From the NCBI GenBank assembly GCA_022340465.1, contig JAJDNW010000006.1, positions 7,530-71,529 of the forward strand: DNA of 64,000 nt, given 5' to 3'. Shown piece after piece: positions 57,904-64,000 of this stretch. The position numbers and the translations under genes were made by a program. Position 1 is the stretch's first letter. The number at the start of each line of letters is the position of its first letter. This stretch comes from Deltaproteobacteria bacterium (GTDB taxonomy: Bacteria > Desulfobacterota > Desulfobacteria > Desulfobacterales > B30-G6). Below the pieces are notes generated by a model that saw only the letters and a program-made list of their open reading frames with translations, had not been told where the DNA came from and ran no database searches.

Positions 57904-58302
57904 ATGGCAGTTTTCAAAAACAGAGAGACCATGGAGATGGTGTACGAAGAAATCTGGGATCAGCTGATCCGCGAAACGGACATAGGCTTAAGAATGAAGA
58001 AAGCCGGCATTAACATCCTCTTCAGGTTTACCGATCCCGACATGGTGATGTACATCGATGAGAAAGGCGCTCTCTTTGGAGAAACGGCTGAAGCACAACG
58101 ACCGGTCATTATGGAAAGCTTGAGCGGTGATACCGCCCACCGGTTCTGGCTGAACAAAATCGATATGACCAGGGCCCTGGCATCCCATCAGATTAAGGCC
58201 AAAGGCTCGGCCGTGAAAATGCTGCAGCTGTTGCCGCTGTTAAAGCCGGTAAAGGATATCTATCCGGTGTATTGCCGAAAATACAATCTACCCGTGGACT
58301 GA
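57904..58302 (+). CDS. SCP2 (sterol carrier protein 2-like) domain protein
   Basis: 132 aa. Alternating pattern ILFRFTDPD..MYIDEKG...MESLSGDTAHRFWLNKIDMTRALASHQIKAKGS..KMLQLLPL matches the SCP2 fold consensus (G-k-l....A...G-k-i-k-v-k-G). Confidence 0.65.
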   Translation: MAVFKNRETMEMVYEEIWDQLIRETDIGLRMKKAGINILFRFTDPDMVMYIDEKGALFGETAEAQRPVIMESLSGDTAHRFWLNKIDMTRALASHQIKAKGSAVKMLQLLPLLKPVKDIYPVYCRKYNLPVD

Positions 58303-58357
58303 CAGACGATTATTTTTTGTTAATCAATTGTTAAGGCCTCAAAACCGCTGGTGACAA

Positions 58358-60256
58358 ATGGATGAGAAAAGCAGAAAATCCGCCAATACTTTCGAAAGCA
58401 TCGCTAAATGGAGTGCTATTGGGGTGGTCCTGGCCATGGTTGCCTACCACGTAATCATCGTCTGGAAACCGTTGTTCGGATCCCAGATCAACCAGAACAA
58501 CCACCTGGGTTTTTGTCTGGTACTGCTTTTTTTGCACTGGGCCATCATGGATACGCGCAAATGGTTGAAAATCATCTATCTGATATGCATCCCCTTAAGC
58601 TTGGGGCTGTTGACGTTCATGGCCATGGAAAACATGCGCCTGATGATGGAGGTAGGGTTTCCTGAAAACAAGGATATCGTTGTTGGTGTGCTGCTGATCA
58701 TCCTGGTTTTGGCCGGCACCTGGAAGACCTTCGGTCCCATCTTCCCGGTCATGGTCATGGTGGCGCTGGCCTACACCTTCTGGGGCCATCTCATCCCCGG
58801 GGTGCTCAACCACCCCAAATTCGAGTTCGGCTACGTGGTGTCGAATTTGAGCACCGGATTTCAGGGCATCTACGGCATGCTCCTGGATGCCTCGGTCAAC
58901 CTTTTATTTTTGCTGATCATCTTCGGGTCCATATTTGAAGCCACCGGTGTCACCGCCTTTTTTATGGAGTTGGGAAAATGGCTGGGCCGCAATCTGATCG
59001 GCGGAGCCGGGCAAACCGCCGTGTTTTCCTCTTCCTTCGTGGGAATGGTCAACGGTGCGGCAGCGGCCAATGTCGCCATCACCGGCGCCTATACGATACC
59101 GGTCATGAAAAAAGCCGGCTTCCGCAGCGAAACCGCGGCAGCCATCGAGGCCATGGCCTCCACCGGTGGGCAGCTGACCCCGCCGATCATGGGTATTGCC
59201 GTGTTTATCATGGCCAGTTTTATCGGGGTCAGCTACGGCGAGCTGATGTTCAAAGCGGTGCTGCCGGCGGTGTTCTATTATGCCCTGGCGGTTTTCGGGG
59301 TGATCATCATAGCCGCCCGCGAGAAAATACCCATGGGCACCGAGCAGATGGACAAACGCATCTTCCTGGCGGGTCTGCCGGTTTTTGTCGTTCCCATGGG
59401 CGTGTTGACCGCCATGCTGGTTTTGCACTTTTCCATCGGTTATTCGGCCCTTTTCGGAATCATTACCATTTTAGCCATATCCATGCTGCGCAGGATCACG
59501 CGGCCCGCCCTCAAGGTGCTGATACGCAACCTCGTGACCGGAGCGATCATGGCGGCCTCCATCGGCATCGCCTGCGGCTGCATCGGGATTTTCATCAAAA
59601 GCCTGACCCTGTCCGGTGCCATGACCAAACTGGCCCTGTTGGTCGGTGATATCAGCGGGGGACACCTTTTGCCGACCCTTTTTCTCACCATGATCCTGTC
59701 GATCGTGCTCAGCTCGTCCATGCCGACGGTCATCGCCTATATCGTGGTGGCTTTTGTGTCCGCACCGATACTAAAGGATTTGGGATTGCCTCAGCAGACG
59801 GCTCACTTTTTTGTGTTCTATTTTGCCATCCTGGCGGCGGTCACCCCGCCGATTGCCGGGGCGGCCATGGTCGGCTCCCAGATTGCCGGTTCCAGATACA
59901 TGAAGGTGTCTTGGGAGAGTTTCAAGCTCGTGGGCCCGTTTTTTATCCTGCCCTATTTTACCATTAACAATCCCATCGTGTTTATGGAGTACCAGCAGCC
60001 CGTGCAGGCGATTGCCGTGCTGATCACCATGGTCATTGCACTGGGCGCCATGATGTGCCTGTTTCAGGGATATTGCTTCAGGTCCACCGGCAGGGCGGAA
60101 AAACTTTTTTTGATCACGGCAGCAGGTTGCGCGGTGCTGTTCGGGTTGTATCATCATCCAGCGCTGTTTGCCGGCGCTGCCTTGTCCGCAGCTGCTTTTC
60201 TGGCTTTTCAGCGGCGAAAGATCAGTGGAAAAATTTTAAATGCGAAACCTGCATGA
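58358..60256 (+). CDS. TRAP transporter fused permease (4TM/12TM fusion, TAXI-type)
   Basis: 632 aa, ~17 hydrophobic segments. The size and the adjacent TAXI-like binding protein fit the fused DctQM of TAXI-TRAP systems. Confidence 0.75.
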   Translation: MDEKSRKSANTFESIAKWSAIGVVLAMVAYHVIIVWKPLFGSQINQNNHLGFCLVLLFLHWAIMDTRKWLKIIYLICIPLSLGLLTFMAMENMRLMMEVGFPENKDIVVGVLLIILVLAGTWKTFGPIFPVMVMVALAYTFWGHLIPGVLNHPKFEFGYVVSNLSTGFQGIYGMLLDASVNLLFLLIIFGSIFEATGVTAFFMELGKWLGRNLIGGAGQTAVFSSSFVGMVNGAAAANVAITGAYTIPVMKKAGFRSETAAAIEAMASTGGQLTPPIMGIAVFIMASFIGVSYGELMFKAVLPAVFYYALAVFGVIIIAAREKIPMGTEQMDKRIFLAGLPVFVVPMGVLTAMLVLHFSIGYSALFGIITILAISMLRRITRPALKVLIRNLVTGAIMAASIGIACGCIGIFIKSLTLSGAMTKLALLVGDISGGHLLPTLFLTMILSIVLSSSMPTVIAYIVVAFVSAPILKDLGLPQQTAHFFVFYFAILAAVTPPIAGAAMVGSQIAGSRYMKVSWESFKLVGPFFILPYFTINNPIVFMEYQQPVQAIAVLITMVIALGAMMCLFQGYCFRSTGRAEKLFLITAAGCAVLFGLYHHPALFAGAALSAAAFLAFQRRKISGKILNAKPA

Positions 60257-60280
60257 AACCCAATGAGAGAGGAGAAAAAA

Positions 60281-61351
60281 ATGAAGCGAAAACCAATTTT
60301 GGCTGTAATCCTGATCACTGCAATGGTTCTGGCGGTGCAATGGAATGCCGTTGGTGCTGAAACCAAAAAACCGGTGGATGTGACCATTTTGACCACACCG
60401 TTCGGTACGCCCATGTATAATATCGGGGCTGCCATGGAGCAGGTATTTAAAAAAACCGGTTCCTGGGTGCGTATCAAACACCAGGAAACACCCGGGGCCA
60501 TGTATATGCTCAAATACTACAAAACCAACCAGCACAAAATGATATCCGGTGAAATGCCCTGGGCCATTACCGTAGGGGGTGCCTTGTCCATGGACTTCGT
60601 GGCCGAGGGCCGGCCGCCGCTGGATAAACTGGCCATTCCTAACTATCGTGCCATCATGGACGGTCCCGCTGCCATCGCCTTCTATGGCACCTTTGACCCG
60701 GAGATCAAGAGCCTGAAGGATATGGCCGGCAAGAAAATGGGGACGGTCGAACCGCCGCGTTTGTTTGCCGGAACGCTTGTCGAAGGGCCGCTATTCGATC
60801 ATCTGGGTATCAACGATAAAATCGATTGGCAGCGCATCGGAACCACGGCGTCAAAAGACGGCATGCTCAATGGTTCCATCGATGCCATGCGGCTGCTGTT
60901 TATCGGCAAGCTTAAGGTGGCGGAAGACGGCAGCCTTTATATCCCGCAGATGTTTCCCTCTCCTGCGGCCATGGAGCTGATCGGGTCGGGAAAGACGTTT
61001 CATTTTCTGCCCATCGAACGTGAGTGGACCACCGCAGGTTTTGACTATTCCAGGGATGTCTATGTCTTGCCCTGCAGGATTAAAAAAGGTTCTTTTAAAA
61101 CCGTTGACAAAGAATTCTGGGCCCAGGTCAGTCCATTGACCATCACCAGCATCGCCGAACTGCCCGATGACATTGTCGAGGAAATCATCCGGGTGGCCCA
61201 TCAACACCATGCGGCATTCGGCAAAATCCACGCCATGCTGGGGTTTATGCCCGAAAACCCCTATCCTGTGGGCGCGCCGCAGCATCTGGTGCATCCCGGT
61301 GTGGTCAAAGCCATGAAAAAGTTGAACCTGCCCGTGCCCAAATTGAGGTAA
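60281..61351 (+). CDS. TAXI-family TRAP solute-binding protein
   Basis: Signal peptide (KPILAVILITAMVLAVQWNAVGA), then TILTTPFGTPMYNIGAAM...QETPGAMYMLK, resembling the TAXI T-g-G-t-Y-G and s-t-G-s-N-l motifs. ATG at 60281 after GAGAGGAG. Confidence 0.65.
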   Translation: MKRKPILAVILITAMVLAVQWNAVGAETKKPVDVTILTTPFGTPMYNIGAAMEQVFKKTGSWVRIKHQETPGAMYMLKYYKTNQHKMISGEMPWAITVGGALSMDFVAEGRPPLDKLAIPNYRAIMDGPAAIAFYGTFDPEIKSLKDMAGKKMGTVEPPRLFAGTLVEGPLFDHLGINDKIDWQRIGTTASKDGMLNGSIDAMRLLFIGKLKVAEDGSLYIPQMFPSPAAMELIGSGKTFHFLPIEREWTTAGFDYSRDVYVLPCRIKKGSFKTVDKEFWAQVSPLTITSIAELPDDIVEEIIRVAHQHHAAFGKIHAMLGFMPENPYPVGAPQHLVHPGVVKAMKKLNLPVPKLR

Positions 61352-61363
61352 AGGAGGAGCAAG

Positions 61364-63628
61364 ATGAGCGGTTCCGAGCAATTCAAAGGCAAGATCGGAC
61401 GCACCATAAAAGATTCGACGCCCTGGTGGCCTGCACCCAGGCGTCCGAAAGCGGGTAGTCCGAATGTGGTGGTCATCCTGCTGGACGATACCGGGTTCGG
61501 CCATTTCGGCTGCTATGGATCCACGATTGAGACGCCTAATTTCGACCGTCTGGCCGCGGGCGGGCTGCGCTACAACAACTTCCACACCACGGCGCTGTGC
61601 TCTCCCACAAGGGCCAGCCTGTTGACCGGGCGCAATCATCACACCGTGGGCATGCGCGCCCTGTCCAATTTTGACACCGGTTATCCCCACATGCGCGGTT
61701 GCATCTCACCGCATGCAGCCACCATCGCCGAAATTCTGCGTGAAGAGGGCTATGCCACCTTAGCTGTCGGCAAATGGCATCTGGCGCCCATGGAGGAAGC
61801 CTCAACCGCCGGACCGTTCGACAACTGGCCCTTGCAGCGCGGGTTCGACCGTTTTTACGGTTTTTTGCAGGGGGAAACCGATCAGTTTCATCCTGAGTTG
61901 ACCTATGACAATCACCCGGTTGATCCGCCCTGCGGACCGGAAGAGGGCTACCACCTCAGTGAAGACCTTGTCGATCAGTCCATGGCCTTTATCCGCGATT
62001 CAACGTCCATTCGGCCGGATCGGCCCTTTTTTCTGTACCTGGCTTTCGGAGCCACCCATTCGCCGCATCAGGCCCCCCGGGAATTCATCGAAAAATATCG
62101 CGGCCGTTTTGATGAGGGCTGGGATGTCGTCCGTGAAAAATGGTACCGCAGGCAGATCGAAATGGGGGTCATTCCTGAAGATACGGAGCTGGCACCGCGC
62201 AATCCAGGGGTGCGTCCCTGGGATGCGCTTTCGGAAAACGAGAAGAAGTTTGCCCTGCGGCTCCAGGAAGCGTTTGCCGCCATGCTGGATCACACCGACC
62301 AGCAGGTTGGGCGGCTGATCGATTTTCTCGAAGAGATGCAACAAATCGACAACACCTTGATAGTACTGCTCTCGGATAACGGTGCCAGCCAGGAAGGCGG
62401 CCCCACCGGTGTGATGGACGAGTTCAGGTATTTCAATGGGGTGCCTGAAGACGTTGATGCCGTCCAGGATCGGCTGGATGAAATCGGCGGACCCCACAGC
62501 CATTCCAACATCCCCTGGGGTTGGGCCCAGACTGGAAATTCACCCCTCAAGTGGTACAAGCAAAACACCCACGGCGGCGGTGTCCGCGACCCCCTGATCA
62601 TGCATTGGCCCGCACGCATTAAGGGCCACGGGGGGGTTCGCGGCCAATTCCACCATGTTTCGGACATCGTACCGACCATCCTGGAGATGTTGGATGTCGA
62701 CCCGCCCGACACCTACCGCGGGTGTGAGCAGATGCCCATGACCGGGACATCCATGGCCTATAGCTTTGATGAGGCCAACGAGCCTACCCGCAAGCAGGTC
62801 CAATATTTCGAGATGTTCGGACACCGCGGTATCTGGGCCGACGGCTGGAAGGCCGTCACCTACCACCGGCCGGACACGCCCTTTAGTGACGATGAGTGGG
62901 AGCTTTACCATCTGACCGAAGATTTTTCCGAAAGCCGCAACCTGGCCGCCGAACATCCCGATAAACTGCGCGAAATGATCGACCTGTGGTGGGTTGAAGC
63001 CGGACGGCAGGGTGTGCTGCCCTTGGACGACCGTCGTTTTTTATTTCAATCCATGCGCCGTCCTGGCACACCGCATGAAAAGCGGCACTATACCTACTAT
63101 CCTCCGCTCTCGCATGTGCCCTCGGATGTGGCGCCCACCCTGGGCAGCCGCACCTGGACCATGCGCGTCGAGGTTGATCGGCCGGATGCCTCCGTCCAGG
63201 GTGTCATCGCGGCCCAGGGGACCCAAAACGGCGGATACAGCTGGTATATCAAGGATAACAAAATGGTGTTCGACTACAATATTTTCACCGAACACCATGT
63301 GGTCCGTTCTGATACAGAGGTCCCCATCGGTCGGATCCCGCTTGAAATACGCTTCGTGCGCGATGGAGATACCGGAAAGATCACCCTGGTGATGGAAGGA
63401 CAGGAATGCGGTACCATCCAGGTGCCTTATGTGATGCGCATGATCAGTTCCACGGGCCTCGATATCGGCAAAGACAGCCTGTCGCCGGTAACAAACGACT
63501 ATGCGGCCCCATTTGCATTTGGCGGGAGAATCCGCAGGCTCGATGTCGTCCTGCACCGCTACCGCAGCCCCAAGGAAAAGCAGGAGGATGAAGACGTCAG
63601 GATGCGCACCGAAATGGCCAAACAATAG
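61364..63628 (+). CDS. Cys-type sulfatase, large (754 aa), no signal peptide
   Basis: VVILLDDTGFG metal site, canonical FGly motif LCSPTRASLLTGRNHH, GKWHL, LSDNGAS, ~230-aa beta-rich C-terminal extension. The N-terminus is hydrophilic (MSGSEQFKGKIGRTIKDSTPWW). Confidence 0.85.
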   Translation: MSGSEQFKGKIGRTIKDSTPWWPAPRRPKAGSPNVVVILLDDTGFGHFGCYGSTIETPNFDRLAAGGLRYNNFHTTALCSPTRASLLTGRNHHTVGMRALSNFDTGYPHMRGCISPHAATIAEILREEGYATLAVGKWHLAPMEEASTAGPFDNWPLQRGFDRFYGFLQGETDQFHPELTYDNHPVDPPCGPEEGYHLSEDLVDQSMAFIRDSTSIRPDRPFFLYLAFGATHSPHQAPREFIEKYRGRFDEGWDVVREKWYRRQIEMGVIPEDTELAPRNPGVRPWDALSENEKKFALRLQEAFAAMLDHTDQQVGRLIDFLEEMQQIDNTLIVLLSDNGASQEGGPTGVMDEFRYFNGVPEDVDAVQDRLDEIGGPHSHSNIPWGWAQTGNSPLKWYKQNTHGGGVRDPLIMHWPARIKGHGGVRGQFHHVSDIVPTILEMLDVDPPDTYRGCEQMPMTGTSMAYSFDEANEPTRKQVQYFEMFGHRGIWADGWKAVTYHRPDTPFSDDEWELYHLTEDFSESRNLAAEHPDKLREMIDLWWVEAGRQGVLPLDDRRFLFQSMRRPGTPHEKRHYTYYPPLSHVPSDVAPTLGSRTWTMRVEVDRPDASVQGVIAAQGTQNGGYSWYIKDNKMVFDYNIFTEHHVVRSDTEVPIGRIPLEIRFVRDGDTGKITLVMEGQECGTIQVPYVMRMISSTGLDIGKDSLSPVTNDYAAPFAFGGRIRRLDVVLHRYRSPKEKQEDEDVRMRTEMAKQ

Positions 63629-63676
63629 GCGGGCGGATGTCTGCTGTCTTCTACGAACCCAATAGGGAGGATGAGC

Positions 63677-64000
63677 ATGGGAACCAAGCAAAACAGCAAT
63701 GATTCAACATGGGAGGCCCACAAATCCATGTTTCGCCCAAGGGGCGTGCACATGGGGATGATGCAGTGCGATGCGGAATTGTGCACCCAGTGCGGGCTTT
63801 GTATCGAGAACTGCCCCTTCAGGGCCTGGGAAGCGGACGAAAGCAACATTCCCAGGTTGAGGCCGGGCTATGCCTGCTTCAGCTGCTACAACTGTATGGT
63901 GGCCTGTCCCACAGGGGCCATCTCGATTGTCACGCCCTACCAGGTGGACAAGGGGAGCTTTTATGAAACCCTGGGCGGCCCCCTGGAACCTAAAGAGCCC
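63677..64000 (+). CDS. 2x[4Fe-4S] ferredoxin-domain protein (3' end outside window)
   Basis: ATG 6 nt after AGGGAGG. CTQCGLCIENCP and CFSCYNCMVACP. The frame is open to the last base of the window. Confidence 0.65.
   Translation, partial: MGTKQNSNDSTWEAHKSMFRPRGVHMGMMQCDAELCTQCGLCIENCPFRAWEADESNIPRLRPGYACFSCYNCMVACPTGAISIVTPYQVDKGSFYETLGGPLEPKEP

Overview
GC-rich chromosomal segment whose gene content fits an anaerobic, probably sulfate-reducing Desulfobacterota-type bacterium: tungsten-type aldehyde:ferredoxin oxidoreductase, HdrD/CCG-domain proteins, three sigma-54 activators or promoters, an anaerobic sulfatase-maturating enzyme, and UGA-Sec genes. I call about 50 protein genes. I saw no rRNA, tRNA or CRISPR array. 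Housekeeping genes (dtd, PBP4-like, kup, hrpA, DJ-1/PfpI, YjbQ) alternate with four accessory or regulatory blocks. (1) 25.4-32.4 kb: a sigma-54-controlled operon of NifX-like, DUF5320, MinD/ferredoxin ATPase and IscU-like proteins. It ends in two adjacent genes that only make sense if in-frame TGA codons are read as selenocysteine (a DsrE-like protein with a U-x-x-C motif, and a CoA-disulfide/NADH-oxidase-like flavoprotein with Sec at the active-site Cys position). Both have GGU-loop hairpins downstream of the TGA. (2) 38.9-51.8 kb: a catabolic island with two non-pyrrolysine MttB-family paralogs, two FGGY kinase paralogs, three different flavin/NAD oxidoreductases, an MFS transporter and an XRE-cupin regulator, but no corrinoid protein. 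It is bracketed by AT-rich DNA and a ~79-bp imperfect direct repeat spaced 14.5 kb apart. (3) 53.2-64.0 kb: a sigma-54 activator and anSME divergent from a sigma-54 promoter driving SCP2 protein, TAXI-TRAP transporter, a signal-peptide-less Cys-type sulfatase and a ferredoxin. (4) 17.3-22.2 kb: a c-di-GMP cluster (HD-GYP regulator, GGDEF regulator, PilZ). Three gene disruptions all sit at homopolymer runs, so sequencing indels must be excluded before calling pseudogenes. All functional calls rest on motif recognition by eye. No database search was possible.
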